Positions 23,086 to 35,283 of a stretch of DNA of 64,000 nt are shown here, one piece after another. A program made the translations under genes and the position numbers. The stretch is from NCBI GenBank assembly GCA_001643675.2, contig LSRY02000039.1:1-64000 (forward strand). Reading direction: 5' to 3'. This stretch comes from Monocercomonoides exilis PA203. Its lineage: Eukaryota; Protista; Preaxostyla. A model generated the notes under the pieces. That model was not told the DNA's origin, ran no database searches, and was given only the letters and a program-made list of their open reading frames with translations. Each line of letters begins with the position of its first letter. Positions within the stretch are counted from its first letter, which is position 1.

Positions 23086-25321
23086 AAATACAGCGCAACA
23101 CTAAAGTTAAAAATATCGTTTTTTAAATAAAAAAAAACGTCATATCGAGTATTTAGATTTCAAAATGAATAAAAATTAATAATATTCAATAAGTTATCAC
23201 ACTTCCGTGATGCCAATTTCTTCACCTTTTTGTTTCGAGCAAAAGTGAAAGTGATTAAGTGAACGATCGAAATTAAGCAACTAAAAATAAAATATTTTTA
23301 ATAAAGATTGATAAAAACAAATAACCAACAAAAATTAACATACAGACAGCAGAGTTCATTAATTATTGTAAGCTATACAAAGAGATACGGAAATATAAAT
23401 ATAAAATTGATGATCACATCCATTATTTTTTTATTTTTAACATTTTTAAAACTGAACATGACAGACGAAGTTTCGCCAAATAATAATAATTTTAAAATAA
23501 TTAGAAATAGTGAGCTTTTCATTTACTATTTGAATTTTTGCTCAACTCGTCTGTCAACTAGATTATATCTCGCCATTTTTTCACTTTCCAGAATCTCAAC
23601 AATTTCAGCTCTTTTTTCCAATCGTTTGTGCATGTGCGTGCAATTATTTTGATAAGTGACTTTTTGATCAAACCTTATTTTTTATTTTTGTCCGGTATTT
23701 CATACACAATCTATATTTAATCATTTGGATAATAATCAAACTCAATAATAAAGATTCAGTTAAAACCTGATATAATCGCATCGAATTCAATCACAATCGG
23801 TAATAATCTCATTTAACCATGCACCGACATTTTAGTCCAGTTTTTTATTCATTTTCCATCTCATTTGATCGCAATACAAAATATATGTGTGTGATTATTT
23901 TTGAAGTCAAATTTATGTGTTTTAAAATTCCGATCAAAAAAATGCACTTGAATTCAAATTTTTTTCACACACGAAAGTGAAAAGATCTGTTTTCAATGTC
24001 TTCATCTGTATTAAAGAAAAATCAATAATTTTCTAATAATATGAAATCGTTTTTGCATATGATTTCAACAGGAATTTTCAATGTCATACATCCTTTGAAA
24101 AAACAACATCTCGAAAAAAGTTATGTTTTAAAAAAAATCACCCATATAATCGCATTTTGTTTATTAAAGGTTCTTTTTTCATTGTAAAACGACTTTTTGA
24201 TCAAAAAACTCAATTTTTTGATTTTTCTAAAATGAGCTCAAATAAGTATTAATAATGCATATTAATGATAAAGAATATTTTCACAAGTGAAAAATGTGTA
24301 TTTGTATGGAATATCCAAAAATAAAAAAATCGACTCAAAATAAATTATTTCAAAAATTAATTTTTTTATTTTTCCGTGTTAAACAGCGTCGTATATTATC
24401 ACAATCGGATATAGTCACAAAAAGTTGTGTAAAAACCGATATGATTATTTCCGATTTTGATTGTATCTTCATTTTCAATTTCAGTTTCTTCATCATTTTT
24501 TTCCTTTTCCATTTCAACCAAATATTCTTCTTTATCAATTTCGAACAAATCATTTTCCTCCTTTTCTTATATTTTAAATTTTGAAAATATTCAAAAAAAA
24601 TTTTTTTCAGATGGGTATTTTTTTTTTGAAAAGTCACAAAATATTAATTGATCTGAAAATCAGATCACAAATGATCAGAAAATGTTGATCTTTCCGTTCC
24701 CATCATTTATTGCTTTGTTTTTTTCTATTTGGTTTTATCACACATATCCCCAAAAATTTCGTTTCAATAAAACAAATTTCATATATCACTTTCTTTGTCT
24801 AATCATATTTATGTTAAAAAATATTCTTTTTCTTGTTTTTTGAAACAACAGAAAAATTTGTTCATATTTCTTTCTTTTCATTTCAATTGTTCGAATAAAC
24901 GTTTTGATTTTTCGAATGGAGACCTCTTTTTAAATATTTTCCTATGTTGAAAGACAAATAGATTTTAACTTGCTTTAATTTTAGTATTTTTATGAGAAAT
25001 TATAAAATAAGAAAATTTTATCGATACTGTACTCATTGTTATTATAAGATATTTTAAAAGCTGTTAACATCGAGCAATTATTAATATTATTGTTAAAAAT
25101 CGAAGTTAGATATGTGAATTTTCAAAATAAATCTCCATTTGCAACAAACTCAAAAATGCAATCTCTTCTAATATTTAAATTCAAACAGTTTGTATCAAAC
25201 AAGTTTCTTTCATTTCAGAATGTGCCTTTTCCTTCTCCCTTCCATTTAATATTGATACATTGTGGAAAAATATCCTGCTACTATCTTTTCAAATTGCACG
25301 AAAAAATCAGGTATTCTTAGC

Positions 25322-27042
25322 TGGTCGACCATTCATATACGAAAGTGGATGCTGTTTCTGCTTCTGGTTGAAATTCTGGCTGACGTGATGGGATATGTCC
25401 CATCAAGCTTCTTGTGAACGGGGAAGCATAGCAGTCGTCTCTTCTCTCAGAACTTTTTAAGATCTTTAACTGGAGCATAACTCCGATCAACTTCGCCATT
25501 CCGGAGGCGTAGGGGCGAAGAGAAGAAATCTTCAGAGAATGAGCAGCCATTATTATCAGCGCCTGCGATTGACCCTTCGGATACCTAGGCGGAGGCGGCG
25601 TCAAACAAGTCGGCTGGAGATATGGACTGCATCGAGAGGTGGCTGGGGTGTATGAAAATCAAAATAAGTTGTAACTGAGGGAGCAACAGACGCTGCATGG
25701 ATATGTTGTGGCTTGGCGGAGAGTGCTGTATGGAGGTGTTGTGTGCGTACGATGTGGCGATTTCGGCGATGCTTTCTGTTTCGCTGGTGGTGGAGCTTCA
25801 TGCTCTTGCAGCGTCGGTGGGAACGAAGTCGGGGAGCAAGCGGATATTTGATGTGGAAGTTTGAATGAGTAACAGTTAATCAACGATCTGTTTCACCCGT
25901 CGCTGCTTCCGTCGGCGATAGCGCGGCTTGTGTCGCGATCGCCGCAGTCGAGGCGTGTGGTGGTGAAGCTGGATGACGAAGTGATGGGGCGAGGGATTGC
26001 AGTGTGTGAAGTGGGGGGGATTGTGGAGAAGAAGCTGTATGTGATGGGGCTGAGGATGAAGGATGTGGTTCTGTCTCCAGCAGTGATTGCGCTGGCGGTG
26101 CTGGATGAGCGCGCAGAGGAGAGGAAGGAGACATGGGAGACAAAGAGGGAGAAGAAAAGGGAGAAGAATATGGAGGGAGAGAGGTGTTGAAGAATAAAAT
26201 TAGCAAAAAAAGACCAAGAAGTAGATAGAGAAGAGGCGTGCAGAGTTCTTCATGCTTCTGCATAAGATACAACACACGAGAGCATTTCGAACCCGATGAT
26301 GGAAACGCAGATGCAACAATGTTTCTAGTGTTACAACTGAATAATTGAAGCGGAGGAGCAGCTTATCGGAAAAAGACGATGAAGATGGAATCTGATGTGA
26401 TATGTTGATTCTATCCATCGATTTCATCACAGAAAAATTCTCATCGTCATTTGGCGGGGCTTGTTGAGGCAATGTGAACGATAAAATGGATTCTTTTCTT
26501 TCTGTGTCTAAGCTGCCAACACAGCCGGAGCAGTTGTTACGGAACTATTTAGATGCATTCAAGTTGTCTGTGTTCCTTCTTCCATCATTCGATTCGGTGC
26601 TGGAAATGTGAGTCATCGTTACAACTTCTACACGATGCGCTTGAGCCAACCGGATGAATACAATGTGGTTGATCGGAGAGTGCTTCAGATGCTGTTTGAT
26701 TTCAGAGCGATTTGATAAGACAGAGACTTGGCGCTTGATGAAACGGAGCACAAGAAATTTTCGGAGGTATCGTAGGTGAAGTTGTACAGGGAAATTGAGG
26801 TTGGACTGAAGCTGAGAGTGGATGCTGTGAAATCGCAGGTGGAGAAGAAAAAATGTGTTGTAGGCAATGTTCCGAATGGTGCGTCTGCTGGCGAAGCTTG
26901 TGGAGCTGCAGATGAGGAGGAACAAGGATGAAGGGATTTATCCGGAAAGAACAACTGCTAATGGAGCTATAAGGGCTGCAGATGAATTGGAATTAAGTGG
27001 AAGATTCGATATGATTTGGGCTGCCACTTGCGGATGGCAGCG
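25322..27042 (+). pseudogene. Mirror copy of element C cargo 2
   Basis: Reverse complement of 6390-8110. Confidence 0.6.
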
Positions 27043-28114
27043 TGTGATGCATTTCGCAAGGCGATAAATTGACAGATGAAGATGTAGAAAAAGCATATGT
27101 ATTGTTATGTTTCATCATCATCATCATCATCATCTTCTTCTTCTTCTTCTTCTTCTTCTTCTTCTTCTTCTTCTTCTTCTTCCTCTTCCTCTTCTTCTTC
27201 TTCTTCCTCTTCCTCTTCCTCTTCCTCTTCCTCTTCCTCTTCTTCTTCTTCTTCCTCTTCCTCTTCCTCTTCCTCTTCCTCTTCCTCTTCCTCTTCCTCT
27301 TCCTCTTCCTCTTCCTCTTCCTCTTCCTCTTCCTCTTCCTCTTCCTCTTCCTCTTCCTCTTCCTCTTCCTCTTCCTTTTCCTCTTCCTCTTCCTCTTCCT
27401 TTTCCTCTTCCTCTTCTTCTTCTTCTTCTTCTTCTTCTTCTTCTTCTTCTTCTTCTTCTTCTTCTTCTTCTGCTTTTGCTTTTGCTTCTTCAGCACAACA
27501 CAAACAGGTTTCGAGTGAAAAAGCCTTTGAGTGTGCATTTGGAGATAGATCATTTAATTTCTCCATCCACATTTTCATCGGCTTTGCCATTCTCATCGCA
27601 TAAGTTTTCTTCTTCTTTTTCTTATTCTTCCTCTTCTTCAAATCATATCGATTCTAATTTTTGCTTATTCTTTGAGAAATAAATTGTATTTTTTTCCTGC
27701 ATTTCCTTCCATTCCATCAATTATCCTTTTTTCAACTTCCATTTCCTGTTAATTATCACCTTCATTTTCTTTCACAGTAGTTATCGTACGATGCAAGCAT
27801 TTCAATAATCTTGATACGTATTGTCTTCTTTGAACATATTTCTTTTCAAATGAAGGGAAAAGAGAATAAAAAGAGGAAGAATTAATAAAAGAAGAAGAAG
27901 AAGAAGAAGAAGAAGAAGAGAAGAAGGAGAAGAAGAAGGAGAAGAAGAAGGAGAAGAAGAAGGAGAAGAAAGAAAGAAGAGAAGAAAGAAGAGAAGAAGG
28001 AGAAGGAGAAGGAGAAGGAGGAGGAGAAGGAGGAGGAGAAGGAGGAGGAAAAGAAGAAGGAAAAGGAAGATGATGACACATGACAATACATTGACTCCTC
28101 CTCTCTCCCTCTGC

Positions 28115-31100
28115 CGTTCCATTGCCTTGTGACACAGCTCCACACACTGCCAATCATATAGCAGCAGCCCAAAACTGATCACCTTTTCCACCTCGTTCTT
28201 TTCATCTGCAGTTCCACCAACTCCACAACCAACCCATCCATCCACAACAGTGCCAGCTGCCCTTCTTTCTTCCGCATAGCCCACTGCGTTGACTCCATCT
28301 GCCGTTTCTGAACCACCTCCACTACCGCCCCTGCCCTTGCCCCTGTTGATGTCTCGAAATCACCAGCGCCTGGCCATTAAGAGCCATCTTCAACAGAGTA
28401 GAATGCAGGCTAACTGCCTTCTTTACCGTACTTTTCTCAGATTGATACAGATATGCTCAAATTTCGAAGGAATTAAATATATCCTGATTCTTCAGGAACA
28501 GTGTGAAGAAGTAATTGTGATGACACGCCTCTAGCACCGAAACAAATGATGGCAAACGGCCTTTTGACAACATGTACACATCCCGAAAGATCCGCAGCAA
28601 CAGCGCGTATGGTATCTGCGGAATGCACTCACACGAAAGAGACTCCTGCCTCGAATACATGATCCCTCACCAAGCTTTGTGTGAAGATGATGATGAAAAA
28701 GTCAATGGATCGCAGCTATATATTGAATCGTGCAGCGCCTTTATCACCTTTTTTCATCTTTTCTTCTGCTCAGGTGTTATTTAACAGACACCCCAGAAAC
28801 ACAGACGAGTCTGCCTCTCCCTTCTCCGAATAAAATCCCTCAAACTCCCCAAAAACAACATCTCAATTTTCTTCTCCGAAGACTCTTTAACCACTGAATT
28901 GATTCACTTCCGAAACATCCTGTCCAAAGTCATCAGGAAGATCAAGCTCTCTTCTGCAAGTGGCTTCAACTGAAAACTATCAAATAGCACTCTGCAGTTG
29001 TCATGAAAACCACAACTTGTCTCCTTTGCTCTCCTCCCGCACAAACTTCCCTAGCAACAACACATCCGCAAAGTCATTTGGAAACAGCTTCACAACGAAG
29101 ATCATCCTTAATATAGCTGCCTCGCTCTTCTTCTGCGCTGCATGCTTCACCCTCAGCCACATGAATACAAAATCCCAAAACCACTGCCTCGGAACCACCA
29201 CTCTAGCCAACACAGCACTGCCCTCTCCCAAGTCTGTTGCGATCTTGTCTCCGAATATCCCCAGAATCAACGTCAGCTTCCACACCAACGACGGCTGCAG
29301 CCCTATTTTCTGCGGCTTCAACAAACACTTCATCTGCACGAACGACTGTAAAGTGATCGGTATTAAAAGCTCATACGCCGTTTCGTTCGCCACATGTTCC
29401 GTCGATTCAAATTCTGTGCTTGTCATCAGCCCCATAGGAGTGGACTCCACCAAAGGCACTGAACCTGCAACATTTTCCTCCTGCGAACCTTCCTTCTTCC
29501 ATAAAAGTTCCCTCATTCCATCTTCTCTTTCAGCTTCTTCGCTTTTTCAGTCAGCTACTCATCTGTCTCTTCATGTTTCTCATTAATTTTCTTCTGCTCC
29601 CACTTCTATTGCGCAAACTCCGTCTGCAGCTTCTCAGTCATCTATTGAACAACGCCTTCTACATGTGTATCGTCTTTTCCTGCACTTTCGACAGAACCTT
29701 TCTTTTCATATCTTTCTCTGATTCCAGGTCTCGTTCCTTAACTTCCACCTCATCCTCCCCCACCGTTGTCTTCTTCCCACAACACTCATCCCGCTCCCGA
29801 CTTTCACTGCAACCACCTTCCTGTTCAAGTTTGGTAATAGCTTTGAAACACGGCAATTTTTGACGGTTGCTTCAAGCTTCTCATGGGTGTTTTCACAAAA
29901 CCCAGAAGGCAGAATCTGCGAAGAAGAAAACAGAATCATCTCTCTTTCCGCTGAGGCCAACGAAGAAGGCATAGCTAGAGTTACCACCAAAACAACTGTG
30001 GTCCGCTTGTCATCCACACTCACCATCACACTCTCCTGCATCTGCTTCTTCTTAACCTTCTCAATCACTACATCAGTCAACTCCACATTCTCATTCATCA
30101 CCAACAGCTGCTCCTTCACTTCCTTCACCTTTGTGTTGTGCTCCTTACTCAGCTCCAGAATCTTCCTCTACAGCATCCGGATGATCTTGTACTTCTCCTG
30201 CAACTGCTCCGACAGCCCGCTCGTCCGCTTCGAGATACGCTCATCGTCCCGGATCTTCTGCAGCAGCATGTGGAACTCCGAGTACAGCTTTTCCATCTCC
30301 TGCTTCACCTCCTCGTGCTGCTCCTTCAGCTCCCGGATCTGCCGTCCCAGCCCCTCCTTCTCCATCCCCAGCTTTACAACATGCCCCTCGTACTTCCCGT
30401 CCGTCTTGCTAAGCTTCTACACCGCATTCGCCTTCATCCTCTTTAAGTCTTCCTTCTTGTTCTTCAGCTCTTCCCCTTTTCAAACATTGCTGCACATCTT
30501 CCCGTCATTTTATCGTCCAGTTTCACTCCACACACCTCAACAACTGCAATTGCCATATCTTCAGCGAAGGGAAAAAATTGATCGTTAATCGACAATAACT
30601 CATTCATATCTGCCACCGATAATATCCGCTTTCTCCCCAACTTCTTTCCCACAGACATTGCAAGCGACTGAAGTGGAGCCACCAGCGGAACAAAAAGCAT
30701 CGCCGAAAGCTTTTCATTGCGTATGTTCAAAATGTCCACGAACCTCACAGCAAGCCACATGACAGCATGTTCCCACAGCATCTTCAGCGACAGCGACATG
30801 TGCAGAACATATGCCCAAGTTATTCTGGCATCACAATCCGCAGCCGTCTTTCGATGCTGTCCATCGCTGCTAATGACGTGTAAAACACAGCTACCGCCGA
30901 TGCCTCCGAAGGATCAACTGTAGATACAAATGAGGATGATGATGGGCTTATGCCCTTCAACCTTCTCCTCTTCGCTTTTCCACCTCCTGAAAGGTTAAGT
31001 TGATCGGCGTGATGCTCCAGTTGAAGAAGACAAAAAAGACAAAGGACTTGAGCGAAAAGACGACTGCTGCACGGAACCAGCAACAAGAAGATTTTTCAGA

Positions 31101-31156
31101 TACCCCATCACCCCTGCTGGAAGCTCCAACAACTGCACAAAGATGACATCTTCATG
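28115..31156 (-). pseudogene. Mirror copy of element C cargo 1
   Basis: Reverse complement of 2261-5300. Confidence 0.55.
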
Positions 31157-31883
31157 TGACAAGAGATACTGATCAGTTAGAATTGCAAACCTTTTCTCAA
31201 GTGATTGAAAAGTACAAAACTGGATGTCTTCACGCAAAGGATTCAAAATGAAATGAAAAATATATGAAAATAAGAAGGATAAATAATCAAAACAGCAAGG
31301 ATTTTCATTCATAACTTGTTCCTCAAAATGATTAACTTGTTCTTTTTCTTGTTTACAGAATAAGTGCTTTTCGAAAAATAAATTGTTTGTTTATTTCATT
31401 TTTTCAATTCAACATCTGAATCTTTTTCTTTCTTGCACGTTTATTTGAATGTGATTTGAATGCTATGCGTATGAAACAAAAATATTTCAATAATCAAAAA
31501 TATCAAGAAAAAATTACCAAAACGAACTATTTTTTCTTATTTATTTTCTTGCAATTAAAAGCATTATATAATTTAACAGAATTCAAAAGATTTTAACGAA
31601 AAATATCACCAATGAAATGAAAATCAAGAAATAGAAACATATCAATTCGTAGATTCAAGCAACACGAAAACAATATAAACTAAAAGTGAATGTTATAATA
31701 AAGTTAAAAATATTCATCATATATAAACAATTTTTAAAAATATTTTTGAAAGAGACAGAAAAAACACAAAACATGATTTAATTTGAGAAATAATATGGGA
31801 ACGGAATGATCAATATTTTCTGATCATTTTTGATCTGATTTTCAGATCAATTAATATTTTGTGACTTTTCAAAAAAAAATACC

Positions 31884-32732
31884 CAGATGTCAATTCTTTA
31901 TCTCTTTAGCTTATGAAGCTTTAAAGATAATCATCAATGAAATTATCGCTTATTCCTGTTGGAGGAAAGCTTTTCCTTAATAAGCTCCAGGTTCCTTCAA
32001 TTATGTTAGAACATATGCCTGTTGTTGGACCTTTGAAGTTACATTTATGGCACACTGTTTTCTGAGGATATCCGAGTTCTTTCAAGAACTAATAGGCTTT
32101 CCATTCATCTATATTGATTGTTGTTCTCTCAATAACAATCGCTCGAATAATTTTTAATAGAGTGTTTTTCTTTCGATCTTTCACTCTTATCAGAATGCAT
32201 TTGACTTTTTCTCCATCCACTGACAGTTCGATCATTCCATAAATCCAAATTTGAGCTTTCTTTCTCCCTTTGTGAAATTTTCTTTTTCTAAGAATAGCTT
32301 CATCTCTTTCTTCAATTGAATTAATTCTTCCAAGTTTTCGAAATCCTTCAACAGCCAAAGTGAAAAGACTTGCTCTGGTGACAGAATTTTAAAACTCAAT
32401 CGAATTTTCACTTATGTTTGTTCAAAGACTTGTTTGATAAATGTGTGGTCCAATGAGTTTATACAGTTGTATCAAAACCAACGTTTTCAATTCAATGCGA
32501 CAATGAAAAAAAGGAGTTCCACCTAATATGGATAGATATTAAGAGCAGTCATTGCATCTCCATCGACAAATCTTAGCAACATTCTCCAATTTTATAGATT
32601 TCCGACATTTTGGACATTTTTTGGGCATTGATATTGAAAAAAATGAAAAATCCAATCCCACGTTGAATTGTTATCCTTATGAATTTTGGGAATTGCATGA
32701 ATATCTCTTTTGGAATCCACAATTTTGTACAT
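31884..32732 (-). pseudogene. Mirror copy of the decayed Merlin transposase (tail at ~24399-24613)
   Basis: ORF 32089-32358 reads ERDEAILRKRKFHKGRKKAQIWIYGMIE...IDEWKAY. Reverse complement of 690-1534. Confidence 0.88.
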
Positions 32733-33449
32733 TTCTATTTTTTGATGAAGAAATGAAAACATCTTAGATTATAATAATGTATTTTTCTGTTTTTCGAATC
32801 TTTGAATTTTGAAATTTTTGAACACAAATTGTTCATTTCCACAAAAAAATTATAATTTTTAATTTTTTTCATTGAAAAAAAAAGTTTTTTAAAAATGGAA
32901 ATTTCACCCTTGGCATGTTTTATTTTTTGATGTTAAATCATTCTTTCACAAAAAATCCGAAAAAAAAACGAGTTTCTGAATGTTACTTAAAGTCGTGATT
33001 AACCAAATGATTTTATCTTTCTTTTGTTTGGAAATTTTTATTTTGGAATGAATCAAATTATTATTTCTCTGCAAATATAGTTTTGAACTAAATTTTTGAA
33101 ATCAATTATATTCAACAACAATCTCAATAAAATGATTGATAATTGAAATTTAACTAGTAGGCACTCAAACATACTTTGAATAGATTCAATTTAACTTGTC
33201 CACAATTTGAATAGAGCTTTATTTTTATTTTATTTTTTTATTTTATTTTTTTATTTTATTTTTTTATTTTATTTTATTATTTTATTTAATTTTTTCTTTT
33301 TTTTTTGTTTAGTGTGAAATTATTTTATATTTTTTAATTGAGCATTTTATGCAACATAATTCAACCCCAACAAGTTAATTTGGGTTGAAACCCTAACATT
33401 GAAACTGTGATCAATAGAAATAAAGCGAACAAATAAAAACCCTTAAAAA

Positions 33450-33597
33450 AAGATTTTTGAATTTCACGAAAATTGAAAATAAAATTTTATGAAAGTTTCC
33501 TCAAACAATCGACAGATAAAAACTTATGTGCACGAAATGTTATCATCATAGCTGCAACATATAACAATTTTGTTTCCTGTCGTATCCTGTGCATTGA
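33450..33597 (+). repeat. 148-bp inverted repeat, left copy (partner 48069-48216)
   Basis: aagatttttgaatttcac...atcctgtgcattga is the reverse complement of 48069-48216, with one mismatch seen. Confidence 0.92.
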
Positions 33598-33832
33598 CCA
33601 AAATAATTTGTTCATTATAGACTTTGCTAATTTAAATTGTTATTCAAATTTAAATAAAATCATTCTAATCTCTCATTGAATCTTTTATTTAATGATTTAC
33701 CATTATTTTTTTACATGAAAATGTTCAACTTGATTTTATATTAATTCAGAAAAAGTTTTAAATAAATCTTGGAATTTTTCAAAAAAGTACAATATTTGCT
33801 GAGATTGTCAAAACCCAATATGAATAATATAT

Positions 33833-34088
33833 GGGTGATTATTTTTGAAATCATATCTTTTTTCGGGGTGTTAATTTTCAAAGATTGTTTGTTTTTTGAA
33901 AGAAGTTTTTAATCCAAAAGAGAAGATGCATGATAATTGTTTTTAAAAACAAATGTTTTCACCTAATGAAAGATAAGAATGTCTTCAATAAGCCTTTTCA
34001 CTTTTTAACGTTCATATGAAAATATTCAAGATAAGTTTTTGAACCGAAAATTATGTATGAAAAAATTTGATTTCAAAAATAATCACCC
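33833..34088. mobile_element. 256-bp MITE with 21-bp perfect TIRs (GGGTGATTATTTTTGAAATCA), flanked by ATATAT
   Basis: 33833-33853 versus 34068-34088 form a perfect inverted repeat. A second diverged copy lies at 18682. Confidence 0.8.
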
Positions 34089-34525
34089 ATATATGAGACA
34101 AAATGGCAAAAGGGGATCATACGGCCAGAAATGATTTTTTTCTTGAAAATGCCAAAAACTGTTTCGAAACTGAGCTTAAGGTACTCATTAATAAAGTTCA
34201 GTCATTAAAGAAATGTCAAAAGTTAAATTATCTTCCATCAAAACTAACTTTTAGAGATTCAAAAATTTGATCAAACCCTTCAATTTATTTAACTCTTCTT
34301 TCTGTTAGGTTTTTTCACAGTATTAACAAATTCATATTTGAGAACTTTGTGAATTAGGGTTAACCCTAAAAGAAATTTCATTTCAACTTTATTTACAAAG
34401 ATATTAGGGCTTGAATATGAAGATAATTTTTTATCACAATTTAAAATTGAGAAAAAATAATAAGTTTTTTTTTAATCAAAATTGATGATAAAAATAGACT
34501 TTATCTTCATTGTACTAATGATTTA

Positions 34526-34921
34526 CAGATATCGCATAAAATACCGGACATCGCACAAAATACCGGACAAGATCCATTTCACAATAACTGCAACAGTAAT
34601 AATTCTGACAATTTTCCTCAAAATATATCTCATCAATACAAACTCATTTGATATACGAAACTTTCATTACTTCCTCGATTGTGCTCAGAAAAAGTTATTA
34701 TTGAAATTTCGGAGAAATAGAATTTTGAGTTTCTCCGAGAATTCGATAAATATTTTTTCTGAGCACAAATGAAGCTGTCCTGAAAGTCTTATATGTCACG
34801 TGAGTTTGTATTAATGAAATATGTTAAGAGGAAATTTAACAGAATTTTTCTTCTTGTTGTTATTGAGATATCGATCTTGTCCGGTATTTTGTGCGATGTC
34901 CGGTATTTTATGCGATATCTG
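34526..34921. mobile_element. 396-bp Tc1/mariner-type MITE, 49-bp perfect TIRs, TA target duplication
   Basis: TA|CAGATATCGCATAAAATACCGGACATCGCACAAAATACCGGACAAGATC, with its exact reverse complement at 34873-34921|TA. Each TIR holds two 19-bp direct repeats. Confidence 0.88.
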
Positions 34922-35283
34922 TATCTGATAGGAATATGAAAAAGAAATCGTTATTAATGGATTTTTTACTGGTCGTATCATACCCATTTTGCGACAAAAT
35001 TCTTGCTTTTATGAAAAAAACAACGATTTGTTTCAAACTTTTTCTGTTTTCATATCATAACAAGTCAAACATTCCCATGCAAAAATGTTTAGAAAAATTT
35101 AAAAAATGGGAAATTTGTTCGAAAATTCCGAATGGAACAAAATTTATAAAGCAAAAAATATCGTCTCACATTTTTGAATTGTTATATAATTAAGAAAAGT
35201 CACAAAAAAATGATAATATTGTTATGGGATAAATTATTTGATTTGACATTTTGGTTCTTCTTTTCTTTCATTGTTGAAGAATT

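Larger units (their letters stand above)
24613..31884. mobile_element. Element C, right uninterrupted copy (~7.27 kb)
   Basis: TIRs at 24613-24703 and ~31795-31884 with about 3 substitutions, flanked by agat/cagatg direct repeats. Confidence 0.78.
1..33399. mobile_element. Giant palindromic element A: ~11.2-kb inverted arms around a central Merlin/IS1595-family transposase
   Basis: Bases 1-40 are the reverse complement of 33361-33399 (one homopolymer indel). The ORF track is mirrored throughout (e.g. 2105-2422+/30995-31312-, 7828-8115+/25317-25604-, 19172-19516-/23308-23652+). The unique spacer 20584-22241 contains the transposase. The match runs to base 1, so the true outer terminus is not visible. 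Confidence 0.85.
22242..33399 (-). repeat. Right arm of giant inverted repeat (11,158 bp, uninterrupted)
   Basis: Reads continuously across the site interrupted in the left arm (24651-24680 atctgaaaatcagatcacaaatgatcagaa), i.e. it is the empty site for element B. Confidence 0.95.

Noticed and set aside
7-33393. GGG...CCC at 7 and 33393 as the true termini of element A with a TA/TWA target duplication
   Set aside because: The flanks (atgtta / taacat) continue the inverted match rather than forming a direct repeat, so the terminus cannot be fixed from this window.
1-33399. Giant palindrome as a pure fold-back read or assembly artefact
   Set aside because: Not favoured: one arm has a TSD-flanked 9.4-kb insertion, the arms differ in substitutions and microsatellite structure, and the centre is a unique gene-bearing spacer. 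It cannot be excluded fully without reads.
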